Source: a candidate division FCPU426 bacterium (GTDB lineage Bacteria > Oederibacteriota > Muellerivitia > Muellerivitales > Muellerivitaceae). From it: a stretch of DNA of 64,000 nucleotides. Positions 1-9,365 of the stretch are shown here, one piece after another. Numbering within the stretch: the stretch's first letter is position 1; every line of letters begins with the position of its first letter. The notes beneath the pieces were generated by a model. It was not told where the DNA came from and made no database searches. It was given only the letters and a program-made list of their open reading frames with translations. The stretch is taken from assembly GCA_963771075.1 (NCBI GenBank), contig CAVYSE010000002.1, positions 14,714 to 78,713 of the forward strand, written 5' to 3'. The translations under genes were made by a program, and so were the position numbers.

Positions 1-57
1 TTTTAATTGTCGCCTATGGTTGACACTTTTTCAAGGCCCGTTTTGTTGATATTTCCG

Positions 58-868
58 CTAATCAGCTAATGGTTGATTCAACTGATGCCAGCATTTTTTG
101 AACGGTTTTGTATTAACCCTTTCAAAATCGGATACAAACCATTGAGGTTGTTCTTCAGGTTTAATTCTTGTTTGAAGGGAACGAATCATTCGGACCGCAT
201 TTCCAGGCGTTGCGGAAACGATCAGTTTTAGGGCGCGGGGAAAACCACCTTTTAAATTCTCGGTCATTCTTTGGAGGATTACGTCGTTGTAGTGATGGTT
301 CTCAAGCTCAAGTGCAAAACCAACTCTTCGGCCTTCAATATCTGCCTCGAAATAACCATCAGGTGTTCTTCTTCCTTTGCGGATTGGGGTTGGCCCCATT
401 GGAACGCCATCTTTCCTTGTTCAACTTTCCTTCCAGGTATTCCGCCTTAATGGATGGGGTGATTCCTGATCGCATCTCAAAATCCGAAACCCAAAAAATA
501 TCCTTAAGTTCTTCCAATGACTCGAATGTTATTCGGATCGTCTGAACCATAACGTCATGCTCTTTTTCATGGGTGTTGATCTTTACCGGATACTTGTTGC
601 TCCTCACCAATATCTTGTTATTTTCGTCCAAAGTTCTCAAAGCTCCCGCAGTTAAGAAGAAAAGGTTACTGTTCCCAATGGGTGTTTTTAGAACGTGAAG
701 AAGATCCCTTTCCGGGCTAGTGTACTTTTTAAGTATTTTGTAAGCGTTCCTGGAAGTCTGGTTGGGAAGGAATTTTTTATAAAATAATTCCGGTGTCGTA
801 AATTTATTGGAATGAATCCATACGAGATGTTCCATTTCTATATCAGTCATTGCTTTCAAAGCTTTCAA
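58..868 (-). pseudogene. replication-relaxation (Replic_Relax-like) family gene, split by an apparent frameshift into ORFs 359..868 (N-terminal part) and 58..399 (C-terminal part)
   Basis: The N-terminal ORF has a winged-HTH-like segment (TSRNAYKILKKY). The two ORFs overlap by 41 bp in different frames, and together (~270 aa) match the usual length of this family. The family call is from memory of the motif pattern, not from a search. Confidence 0.4.
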
Positions 869-2484
869 TGGACTTCTTCTTTCTTTATTTTTTTAGAATA
901 ACCTTCTCCCTTGGACAATATTTCCGTGTCAGGCATTGGTTCAACCTTCACCTTCTCTTTGATCGGGGTTTTCGCTTCTTCTTTTTTAGGGCTCGTTTTT
1001 GATTGAGTCTCAGCTTTGGGCAAAACAATCTTGTTGTATTGGTTGGCTTTTAAATGGTTGTCCCGAATCGGAACGCACCCCACATAATCAAATTCCCTAG
1101 GAGGCGGTTTGACTTCCTTGAGCTTCATCTTGAAAACTTTCGGACCTGAGACATAAACGATCCTGCACACCGCTTCCCCACGTTTCATTCCCCTCAAGTA
1201 ATTAGGATGAATAATAAACTCCTCATCCTGTTTTTCGGTCCGTCCCCTAGGCTGAGAGATACGGGTGTCATATGAATAAACGTCCTTCTTTGTGACTTTG
1301 GTCCCGAATATCGAAGCGAAGAAGTCCACCGTGTCTTTCTCAGTGATGTTCATCACGATTTTGTGGTTGGTGTTGGTGAGAATGTCGTCCTTGAATTCCT
1401 GGCTGACGGCCCCCAACTGGCCCAGGCTGTGGTGGGCTAGAAAGAAGCAAACATTGGCTTCCCTCCCTAAGGAAATAAGGTCATTGAGCCCCGGATAAGC
1501 GGCGGTATAGAACTCGTCCAAAAAGACGAAAAAAGGCCTTTCCGGCTTCTCAATAAGCCTCCGCCCAATAACCCCAGCCAAGTCAGTTAGGGCCGAAATA
1601 ATGACCGGTTTGGAGTCCTCCTGGTTTACCAGTGAAGAGGTTCCAAATAGGAATATCTGTTGTTTCTCAACCACATCCCTCATCTTGATATCCGGGTTCA
1701 GGGTATTAATAAGGGGTGACCATTCGCGGGTGGTGAAACGTGCCAATTTGCTGGTTAACCCTGAAAGATTAAGCTCCCTGTCCTTCTCCGACATATTGAC
1801 CCACTTTTCCAGGAAGTATTTCCCCGAGACGGTGTCCTCGTGTTTCCGGGCCAAGACTTTGATCGAATCGAACGACCTAATCTCGTTTGAGATAAGGTTC
1901 TGGTAATCCATCCTGGTGACGTGCTTGAACTCCAAGAAAAGAAGGTTGGTAAGGTTGCTCAAAACGTCGCTGGCTTGGTCCCGGTAATATTCCTGGGTCA
2001 CAGGGCCGTAAAAGATCGACTTCATGAGGCCATTGAAGACCTCGTCCGGTTTGTCCTTGAAATCCGGGTTGTAAGTCTGGCTCCTTTTCACATCTGCCAA
2101 ATCAAAATACTTGAGGTCATGGAGCCGTCCGTATTTCTGGGCGTAATAGGGAATGTGTTTGTTGTAGTTGGATTTGGCGTCAAAAACGAACATCCCCAAA
2201 CCGTTCCTGATCCCCTGCTCAATCATGTGGTTGAAGATGTTGGTTTTTCCCATGCCGGAAGATCCGATGACCTCGGTGTGGTACTTGAGCAGTTCAGCAG
2301 GAATGAAAAACTTGTTTTCCGCATCCAGGTATAAAGAGAATTTTCCGCCTTCATGGCGGGGCGACTCGCCCGGATGTTCCGGGATATGCCTCATGAAGAA
2401 ATGAATGAAATAAATGCAGAAGCCGATCAGGATGGAAAGCCCCATCACCACATCCCCCGTGAACCCCTCGGTTCCCAGGAACAC
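865..2484 (-). CDS. type IV secretion/conjugation coupling protein-like ATPase (TraD/TraG/VirD4 family), GTG start, N-terminus possibly truncated
   Basis: Walker A motif GSSGMGKT and the C-terminal FFLAHHSLGQL motif typical of T4 coupling proteins. There is one N-terminal TM helix only. In-frame sequence upstream of the GTG encodes a further TM-like stretch (PLAPAVIALAFCHDFF) but is closed by a stop with no start codon. The gene abuts the relaxation-protein gene. Confidence 0.6.
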   Translation of the reverse strand: MFLGTEGFTGDVVMGLSILIGFCIYFIHFFMRHIPEHPGESPRHEGGKFSLYLDAENKFFIPAELLKYHTEVIGSSGMGKTNIFNHMIEQGIRNGLGMFVFDAKSNYNKHIPYYAQKYGRLHDLKYFDLADVKRSQTYNPDFKDKPDEVFNGLMKSIFYGPVTQEYYRDQASDVLSNLTNLLFLEFKHVTRMDYQNLISNEIRSFDSIKVLARKHEDTVSGKYFLEKWVNMSEKDRELNLSGLTSKLARFTTREWSPLINTLNPDIKMRDVVEKQQIFLFGTSSLVNQEDSKPVIISALTDLAGVIGRRLIEKPERPFFVFLDEFYTAAYPGLNDLISLGREANVCFFLAHHSLGQLGAVSQEFKDDILTNTNHKIVMNITEKDTVDFFASIFGTKVTKKDVYSYDTRISQPRGRTEKQDEEFIIHPNYLRGMKRGEAVCRIVYVSGPKVFKMKLKEVKPPPREFDYVGCVPIRDNHLKANQYNKIVLPKAETQSKTSPKKEEAKTPIKEKVKVEPMPDTEILSKGEGYSKKIKKEEVH

Positions 2485-2931
2485 CCCAAAAAAGTCATGG
2501 CAAAAGGCTAGGGCTATAACGGCAGGGGCTAAAGGCTAAGAGGTGGGTCATTCGGACATGCTTCTCAAACATGTAGAGAAAACCAACGGAAAGGGCCGAA
2601 ACCGTGTCAAAGGGGGTGACGGACGGGGAAATGATCCCCAGAGACCTCTAGGGTGAATTTAAGGCCCGAATAGACCCCAAATCCGCCTAAGACAGGGGGA
2701 GTGTGCTTCTCAATCGCTTTAAAAAAGTTTCCAAAATTCATGGCAGGTTTTTCTAGTGTTGTATTTGAAACACTCGAACACTTTTACTTTTATGCCTGTC
2801 GCCCGATGTTGGCAAGTTCATAAAAGACCAAAGGTTAAGAAAAACCAGGAGTCTTATTCGTGTCTTATTCAGTCATGTTTAGCCCTGGATTGCCAAGGAT
2901 GACCATGGTTGTCCATGGATACAAAAAAAGC

Positions 2932-2985
2932 CTTTGTCCGCTAGACTCGCTAAAGTCGTTGCAAACAAAGGCTTTTGAAATTGGC
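2932..2985 (-). terminator. Rho-independent terminator downstream of tRNA-Asp (hairpin GCCTTTG...CAAAGGC flanked by A7 and T4, so potentially bidirectional)
   Basis: Inverted repeat at 2939-2945 and 2975-2981 with flanking A-run and T-run. It lies 23 bp beyond the tRNA 3' end on the minus strand. Confidence 0.4.
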
Positions 2986-3007
2986 CTGTGACATTGATTT
3001 TTTAAAA

Positions 3008-3085
3008 TGGCGGGGTTGACGGGGCTCGAACCCGCGACCTCCTGCGTGACAGGCAGGCGCTCTAACCAAGCTGAGCTACAACCCC
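3008..3085 (-). tRNA. tRNA-Asp (anticodon GTC) with genomically encoded 3' CCA
   Basis: The reverse complement reads GGGGTTGTAGCTCAGCTTGGTTAGAGCGCCTGCCTGTCACGCAGGAGGTCGCGGGTTCGAGCCCCGTCAACCCCGCCA. It has a 7-bp acceptor stem (GGGGTTG/CAACCCC), D-loop AGCTCAGTTGGTTAGAGC-like, anticodon stem CCTGC/GCAGG with loop CTGTCAC, and T-arm GCGGGTTCGAGCCCCGT. Confidence 0.85.
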
Positions 3086-3220
3086 TCGCAGGAAAGGAAA
3101 AAGCAGGTAGGAAAAACCTCGCTTTGTCACTGCCTCTTTGGGAGGCCCCCTTAAGGGAAGCGAAACGGAGGGGTATCGTACTGGGGCAAGGGTCTTTCGT
3201 CAAGCGTCTGTAAGAAGTCC

Positions 3221-5218
3221 TTAGACCTTTTGGGGGACTGGGGCCATTTGCTCATGTGGGGGTTTTAAAAGCTTGAATTTCTTCACGCCGAACCGGGAAA
3301 CGGTATTCTTCAGCACGCTTTTGGCCGAGAGCTTGTAGACGTAATCGCCCTCGCCCATCTTGCCCGCGTCCCAAATGGAAACGGCATAAGCGCCGCCTTC
3401 CTTTTTTTCCTCCATCTTGTCCACCAGGGCCCCGGAGGCGTCAAAAATCTCCACCATCACGACGCAGTCTTCCTTCAAGAAATAATAGAAGCGAACCGGA
3501 CCAGTGAGGGTTGGGTTCGGGAAAAGCCCCACGTCCTCGATGAAGGTGGAAAATGTTTCCTGGGAAGAAGCCACCGCGATGTCCCGCAAGGCCAAAACGG
3601 GAAACTGGTCGCTCGACAACCGGACCTCATACCGCCCCTCGGGCAGATCGGGGAACTTGAACTGCCCCTTCGCGTCCGTGATGGCCACGGCTCCGTCCCG
3701 GTGGGCCCGGATCACCTCCACCTTGGCTCCCACCACCGGGGTGGTGCCGTCCTTGCGCAGGAACACACCCGCCAGGCTTCCCATGCGCCGGATCACGATG
3801 CGCCTTTTCGCCGTCAAGCTCCCGAGTTTGCCCCTTTTCGCGGCGGGCACCACGTGCAGGTACCAGACGCCCTCGGCGATATCCTTGAACTCGATCGTTT
3901 TTTCCGTGGTAAAGGGGTCCTCTTCCGTGACCCTTTCCACCTCATTGGGGCTCAAGCGGTAATGCACACCGCCACTTTTGAAAGAACCGTCATGGCGGTC
4001 CTCCAATAGAAAGACCGGATGGTGCTGGTTGACCGGTTCGTCCTCCCGGGGGTGGGTCGGGCTCTGCAAAACGGGAGGCGGCATTTCGCCCGCCGCGGTC
4101 ATCACTTTCGCGTGGGCCGGGTCGGAGAGGTTCCCCGCCCTGTCCCGGACCATCACGTGCAAATACCAAACGCCGGGCTCGGGGGCTTTCACCGTGATTT
4201 CATTCTCAGTTATTCGTTGGGCGTCCGCCAGTCCGGGCCGGGTCTCCGGTATTTGGTCAAAGAGGTAATAGTAGGCGTCAAAACCCGAGAGCTTGTTGGC
4301 CGTAAAAAGGTTGAACTGGATCTTGGACGAGGCGTACCAGCACTGGGAATCGGGATGGCTGGAGGAGGTCACCTGGGGCGGCGCGGGCCTTTCCACGTCG
4401 ATTTTCAAACGGTAATGGGCCGATTCCTCGCTTACATTTCCCGCCCGGTCCTTCGCCACCAGGTGGAAATACCAGACCCCGCTTTGCAGGTCCTTGAGTT
4501 CCATGCGCCTGCCGTCCGTGAAGGCCCGGTCCTCCAGGGGCGGGCGGGAATTGGGGCTTTGGTCGATCAGGGTGTAATAACCCGCGATGCCGGTGGCGTC
4601 CGCCGGGGCGTCCCACAGAATCACCGCCAGGGGATTCGAGCTCCAATCCTCGCTTGAGTGGGAAGGGCTGGAAAGCACCGGCACCCCGACCCCGTGGTCC
4701 GAAATACAAACGGAAACCTGGTTCCCCTCGTGCTGTTCGTTTCCCATGCGGTCCACGGCCTGCACGCAATAATAGTAGGCCACACTATCCCTTAATCCTT
4801 CGCCCGGATCCAGGAACGAAACTCCCTTCACTTCCCCGTCCATGGATATCTTTTCCCGGGGCGCTCCCTCGATCCACCGGTAGATTCGGTAAAAGTCGGT
4901 ACCCGAAAGGGTGTCCACCACCGGCGTCCACTTCAACTCGACATCCCCGCCCGCCTTGGGGGTGGCTTTCAATTGGGCCACCGGGGGAGGGGGGAAATAT
5001 CCACCATTACCGAGGCCATTTCCTTGGGCGACCATTCTTCCTGGTTGCCCGCCCCGTCCCGGGCACGGCAACGGAAGGCGTAACGCACCCCGTCCTGGGC
5101 CTGGAAGGTCCCGCCCCGGTCGGCGACCCTTGTCAAGAAGTCCGCCCAGTTGGCTTCGCCCGCCTTCACCTGCACGTCGTAGGATTCGATCCCGCTCAAG
5201 TCGTCCACGCTTTCCCAT
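3221..5218 (-). CDS. C-terminal part of the same giant repeat protein (3 more modules, carboxypeptidase-regulatory-like domain, C-terminal beta-sandwich sorting-type domain)
   Basis: The first ~90 codons of this ORF are G/R/P-rich read-through. Genuine coding sequence resumes in the FN3/module pattern (VWYFHLVAKDRAGNVS, VWYLHVMVRDRAGNLS). It overlaps the upstream ORF by 250 bp in another frame, so the two are read as one gene broken by a frameshift or an assembly error in repeats. Confidence 0.55.
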   Translation of the reverse strand: MGKRGRLERDRILRRAGEGGRSQLGGLLDKGRRPGRDLPGPGRGALRLPLPCPGRGGQPGRMVAQGNGLGNGGYFPPPPVAQLKATPKAGGDVELKWTPVVDTLSGTDFYRIYRWIEGAPREKISMDGEVKGVSFLDPGEGLRDSVAYYYCVQAVDRMGNEQHEGNQVSVCISDHGVGVPVLSSPSHSSEDWSSNPLAVILWDAPADATGIAGYYTLIDQSPNSRPPLEDRAFTDGRRMELKDLQSGVWYFHLVAKDRAGNVSEESAHYRLKIDVERPAPPQVTSSSHPDSQCWYASSKIQFNLFTANKLSGFDAYYYLFDQIPETRPGLADAQRITENEITVKAPEPGVWYLHVMVRDRAGNLSDPAHAKVMTAAGEMPPPVLQSPTHPREDEPVNQHHPVFLLEDRHDGSFKSGGVHYRLSPNEVERVTEEDPFTTEKTIEFKDIAEGVWYLHVVPAAKRGKLGSLTAKRRIVIRRMGSLAGVFLRKDGTTPVVGAKVEVIRAHRDGAVAITDAKGQFKFPDLPEGRYEVRLSSDQFPVLALRDIAVASSQETFSTFIEDVGLFPNPTLTGPVRFYYFLKEDCVVMVEIFDASGALVDKMEEKKEGGAYAVSIWDAGKMGEGDYVYKLSAKSVLKNTVSRFGVKKFKLLKPPHEQMAPVPQKV

Positions 5219-8200
5219 TCCAGGGCCACCTGGGTACGGTCCAAGAGGGGAGGAAGTGTCTTCATGCGGGTTCGAGGAGGCGCCGAGTCGATCTGGATCA
5301 CGTAGTGGGCCGCTTCCCGGCTCAGGTTCCCCACCTTATCCTTGGCCACCAGGTGGAAATAATAACGCCCATCCTTCAAGGCCGGAGTCGTGAGGGAATT
5401 TTCAGTGGTCCACTTTCCCTGGTTGGGCCCGGGTATGGTGTGGGGTTGGGTATCCAGCGAAACGTAATAACCTTCCACCCCGGAAAGTTCCCGGGGCGCT
5501 TCCCAAACCAGTTTGGCGCTGTTGGCCTTGACCCAGGTGTTGGGCGGGTGGGTGGGGCTCTTGACCATCGGGGCTTGGGCTTCCGAATCCACCTGGATTT
5601 TGAAACGCACACAGGGCCCGATGTTTCCCGCCCGATCCTTGGCGATTACGTGCACGAACCAGGTTCCGTCTCCCGGCAAGGTCACCACCGTGCCCCTCGT
5701 GGAGGTAAAGGCCATTTCTTTCAACACCGGCGTCCAGGATTCTTCTTGGTTCGAGAAAAAATAATAGCCCTCGATCCCCGAAAGGTCTTCCGGGTCTTTC
5801 CAAACCATTTCCACCCGGCGGGCGGCGTACCACTTTTCGGGTTGGGGATGGGTGACCGAGGTTACTTCAGGCGCGCCCGTGGTGGTATCCAGCCTGACCC
5901 GGTAAAGGGCAGGATCCTTGCCGATATTTCCCGCGGCATCTTGGGCCACAACGCTCAAGGTAAAGAGCCCGTCGCGGGGTATGTCCACGGAAATTTCATT
6001 TCGCTCGGTGAAATTGGCTTTCCCCGGTTCCGGAATGGGTTTGGGGTCCTCGGAGAAAAGGTAATAAAAACCCGTGACGCCCGACAGGTCGTCCGGCGCG
6101 GTCAGCTTGAACTGGGCCTTCGGGTTGACGGTCCAACGCTCCGGGTCGGGGTGGGTCTCGCTGGTGATAAAGGGCCGGGCCACTTCCGAATCCACATGGA
6201 TGGGATAATGCACGGCCTTCCAATCGGTGTTGCCCGCCTTGTCCTTGGTGGTGATATGAAAATACCAGAGGCCGTCGTCCGTCACTTCGAAGGAGACGGA
6301 CCGCTGGGTCGTGAAAAGCGAGTTGTGGTCGTTGGGAACCGTGTCGGCCTTGCGATCGATGTTGTAGTAGTAGCCCTCGATGCCGGAATGGTCGAAAGGG
6401 TCTTCCCATTGAATCTCGACCCGGCGGCTCTTGTACCACCGTCCCGCCTCTCCGTGGGTGGTGGAAACCACTTGGGGCGGGCTGGCCAGGGTATCCAGGC
6501 AGATCTTAAAGTGGGCCGCGTTGGGCGAGAGGTTCCCGGCCCTATCCTTCGTGCGCGCGTGGGCGTACCAGATGCCGTCCGACAGGTCCTGGAAGGAAAG
6601 CTGGGGCCGCAGGGTATAGAGAGCCGTCTCTTCCTGGGGGAGGGTCTGGGGCTCCTGATCCAAAACATAATAATAGCCTTCCACGCCCGACATGTCGGGA
6701 GGCGGCTGGATGAGAATCTCCACCTGGTTGGTGGGGTACCACTGCTCCTGCTGGGGGTGAGTGGGGGAGGAAAGGGTGGGCGCCAAGGCCTTGGTGTCGA
6801 TCTTGAGACTCAGGTGGGCGGCCGTCACCCCGACATTGCCCGCCAAGTCCTGGGTGGAGACATGGACGAACCAGAGGCCGTCTTCCAACGGTCCCAAAGA
6901 GATCCGGGAATCGGAAACAAATTGACCATTGCCCGGCCCAGGCACGGTCAGGGCCTCCCGGTCCGCCTTCACGAAATAGCCCTTCACCCCCGAAAGGTCC
7001 TCGGGTTCGGACCAGGTGACCACGGGCGAAGGGTTAGCCACCCACTTTTCACGGTCCGGATGGGTGTCGCTGTAAATTTCCGGCGGGGGCGGGGCTAGGG
7101 TGTCAATCTGGACCTGGTAATGGGTGGCCCGGTTGCCAACGTTGCCCGCGTCATCCATGCCCACCACGTGCAGGTACCAGACCCCGTCCGTCACCGGCAG
7201 GATCAAGCGTCGTTCTTCCGTATAGATGGCCTGGGGAGGCTGGGGAAGGGTTTCCGGATTTTGGTCCAGCTGGTAGAAATAGCCAGCCAAAGGCGAGGAG
7301 GGATGCAGTAAAAATTCGACTTGATGCGTGCTTTCCCATTTGTCGTGTTCCTCGTGCGTTGGGCAGGAAATGTCGGGAGGCAGGACCGGCGGGGTCGTGA
7401 AGGAAGAAACCTGGCTGGCCACCAGGGAGCTCGAACGGTTGGCGCTGACCACCCGGTACCGGTATTCGGTTTCCGCCCTCAAGTCGCTTAAGGCAAATCG
7501 GTGCCTAAGTCTCGCGGATTTGTCTGCCACCGAGCGGGACAGTTCTTCCCGATCCCCCGCGATCCCGTAAAAAAGCTCGGAAGCGGCCGAAAGGTCGGTG
7601 GTCCAGGTCAACAGGGCGGATGAGGAGGTCAGTTTTTCCACCTGGAGTTCGGTGATCTCGGGGATGCCCGCCATGTCGAAGGTGGAGCGCAAAAGTGCCC
7701 CCCCGTTTTCGGTGGCGGCGTAGAGATAATCGTTGAAGACCGTAAAGGCCCGCACCCCCTCCTCGTCGCTGGAGTAGGCGGAAACCCAGTTCTCGCCGTC
7801 ATGGGTCTTGAGGATACGGCCCGAGTTGCCGGTGCCCGCGTAGAGGGCGTTCTCGTAAACTTCCATGCAATAGAGGTTCAACTCCCGGCTGGTTTCATAG
7901 ACCGCCTGCCAATCCCGCCCGTTCTGGGTGCGGAGGATCTTGATGCCCTTGGGACTGGAGGTGCCCGCGTAGAGGGCGCCGTTGAACTCGTGGAAGCATT
8001 GGATGAAATGCTGACCGGTCGCGGAAACCTCTTCCCAGTTAAGCCCGTCATGGGTGGCGAAGATCAGTCCGCTGGGATAGGTTCCCGCGTAAAGCCGGTT
8101 CTTAAAGATACCAAAACATGTGACGGCGACTTCGCTCAGGATGCCCACGGTGTTCCATTGCAGGCCGTCGAAGGCCACCACCCTTCCCTGCGAGCTGGTG

Positions 8201-8796
8201 CCCGCGTAGAGGCGGTTCTTGAAAACCGTCATGGCGTGCACCCGGTCTTCCCGGGTCATGAAGGCCTCCCGCCAGGACTCGCCATCGAGGGTGGCATAGA
8301 TGGACCCGTTCAGGTTTGTGCCGGCAAAGAGCGATGGTTCGGAACCCGGAGGAGCGTAGGAACACAGGCAGTAGATCTGTGTGGTCAGGTCCCCCGCCCC
8401 CTCGGCGCTGTCTCCCGTGGGGCTGAAAAACTTCGGTTGTTCTTTAGTGACCTGGACGTTCTTGAAACTGCCAGGGGTACCACTGGTGGATCGCAGGACG
8501 CTGTCCCGCCCGGTGGCCACATAAAGGGAGCCCTTGTACTCGGCCAAGGCATAAAGGGTCGGGATTTCAGGAAATTTTTCCTGGGTGCCGAAAAAAGCCG
8601 GAGAAGCGGTGGAAAGGTGAAGGTCAATGACGGTTTTAAGGCGTTCCATCGCCTCTTTACTGTTTTTCCCCTGGGCCTGAACCCCGGGAAGGAGGGGGCA
8701 TCGGGCCAGGATCTGCCCGTTGGCCTTGGTTTCCATTTCCACGGGAAGGTCGTAAGGAAAGGTTTTTCTCTGGATTTTGTCGTCTTTTTTCAGCAA
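4969..8796 (-). CDS. giant repeat-containing surface/adhesin-like protein, N-terminal part (beta-propeller-like LYAGT repeats, FN3-like segment, 7 tandem ~100-aa modules); continues in ORF 3221..5218 after an apparent frameshift
   Basis: Tandem modules carry recurring motifs THPxxxxW, DLSG[IV]xGYYY, DGxWY[FL]HV and KD[KR]AGN. Five blades resembling two-component-regulator propeller repeats (NRLYAGT...). The first ~55 aa resemble a HicB/UPF0150 antitoxin fold (PYDLPVEMETKANGQILARCPLLPGVQAQGKNSKEAMERLKTVIDLHL). No signal peptide is recognisable. Confidence 0.6.
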   Translation of the reverse strand: MLKKDDKIQRKTFPYDLPVEMETKANGQILARCPLLPGVQAQGKNSKEAMERLKTVIDLHLSTASPAFFGTQEKFPEIPTLYALAEYKGSLYVATGRDSVLRSTSGTPGSFKNVQVTKEQPKFFSPTGDSAEGAGDLTTQIYCLCSYAPPGSEPSLFAGTNLNGSIYATLDGESWREAFMTREDRVHAMTVFKNRLYAGTSSQGRVVAFDGLQWNTVGILSEVAVTCFGIFKNRLYAGTYPSGLIFATHDGLNWEEVSATGQHFIQCFHEFNGALYAGTSSPKGIKILRTQNGRDWQAVYETSRELNLYCMEVYENALYAGTGNSGRILKTHDGENWVSAYSSDEEGVRAFTVFNDYLYAATENGGALLRSTFDMAGIPEITELQVEKLTSSSALLTWTTDLSAASELFYGIAGDREELSRSVADKSARLRHRFALSDLRAETEYRYRVVSANRSSSLVASQVSSFTTPPVLPPDISCPTHEEHDKWESTHQVEFLLHPSSPLAGYFYQLDQNPETLPQPPQAIYTEERRLILPVTDGVWYLHVVGMDDAGNVGNRATHYQVQIDTLAPPPPEIYSDTHPDREKWVANPSPVVTWSEPEDLSGVKGYFVKADREALTVPGPGNGQFVSDSRISLGPLEDGLWFVHVSTQDLAGNVGVTAAHLSLKIDTKALAPTLSSPTHPQQEQWYPTNQVEILIQPPPDMSGVEGYYYVLDQEPQTLPQEETALYTLRPQLSFQDLSDGIWYAHARTKDRAGNLSPNAAHFKICLDTLASPPQVVSTTHGEAGRWYKSRRVEIQWEDPFDHSGIEGYYYNIDRKADTVPNDHNSLFTTQRSVSFEVTDDGLWYFHITTKDKAGNTDWKAVHYPIHVDSEVARPFITSETHPDPERWTVNPKAQFKLTAPDDLSGVTGFYYLFSEDPKPIPEPGKANFTERNEISVDIPRDGLFTLSVVAQDAAGNIGKDPALYRVRLDTTTGAPEVTSVTHPQPEKWYAARRVEMVWKDPEDLSGIEGYYFFSNQEESWTPVLKEMAFTSTRGTVVTLPGDGTWFVHVIAKDRAGNIGPCVRFKIQVDSEAQAPMVKSPTHPPNTWVKANSAKLVWEAPRELSGVEGYYVSLDTQPHTIPGPNQGKWTTENSLTTPALKDGRYYFHLVAKDKVGNLSREAAHYVIQIDSAPPRTRMKTLPPLLDRTQVALEWESVDDLSGIESYDVQVKAGEANWADFLTRVADRGGTFQAQDGVRYAFRCRARDGAGNQEEWSPKEMASVMVDISPLPRWPN

Positions 8797-8949
8797 AGCT
8801 TCACCTTAAAGGGGTGTTGAACCGCTAGGGTTAACAGACAGCTAGGGCGATTATTTTAGTCAAACAGGGGGGGTGTTGACAGCACCTTAGTGACAAATGG
8901 GGCGGCTTCCACGTGGAAAAAGGGCGGAATGGTACAATGATCCGCTCTT

Positions 8950-9352
8950 CACCCCAGGGTTTCCCAAGAGGGCCTTCGATTTACGCATGAAACCAAAAAA
9001 TATACGCCCCAATCAAAACCCACGAATACAAGAAGACCTTGCCCTACATCAAGCCGGAAGGTTGGCGGAAGCGGTCGAGTTGATGAAGTAGTTGTTGAAT
9101 TTCTTCTCGAAAAACACCCAGCTATTGACCCACCTGGGCACCTATACCTCCAGCAAGGCAACACCGAGCAAGGTGTTTGATTGCTGAAAAAATTCCTGTA
9201 AATCACGCCCCAACAACCCATGGCCCACTTGAATCTCGCGAACGGCATGGTGTCCTTAAAAAAGTTCGAGGACGCCCTCGTCCAGTATGACCTGGCGCTG
9301 GTTATTTCGGAGGTGGTTCGTCGAATACAAGGTGAATTGAAATCAGATCCAT
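8950..9352 (+). pseudogene. degraded TPR-repeat gene fragments (multiple frame changes and stops) immediately beside the IS30 element
   Basis: TPR-like peptides appear in three different frames: MKPKNIRPNQNPRIQEDLALHQAGRLAEAVELMK; LLEKHPAIDPPGHLYLQQGNTEQG; AHLNLANGMVSLKKFEDALVQYDLALVI. They are interrupted by stops. Confidence 0.3.
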
Positions 9353-9365
9353 AAAAATCAGGAAG

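Noticed and set aside
2485-2931. Possible attachment-site repeat of the tRNA-Asp 3' end within the 450-bp spacer between the coupling-protein gene and the tRNA
   Set aside because: I found no second copy of the GGTTCGAGCCCCGTCAACCCC segment in the window. The att repeat, if any, must lie upstream of coordinate 1.
3007-3213. 68-aa plus-strand ORF
   Set aside because: It lies on the reverse strand of tRNA-Asp and its terminator, so it is an artefact.
4654-7098. 814-aa plus-strand ORF (and ORFs 7801..8820 and 4019..4657) antisense to the giant repeat-protein gene
   Set aside because: The translation is low-complexity and R/G/P-rich, typical of spurious antisense frames in high-GC coding DNA. 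The opposite strand carries a coherent modular protein.
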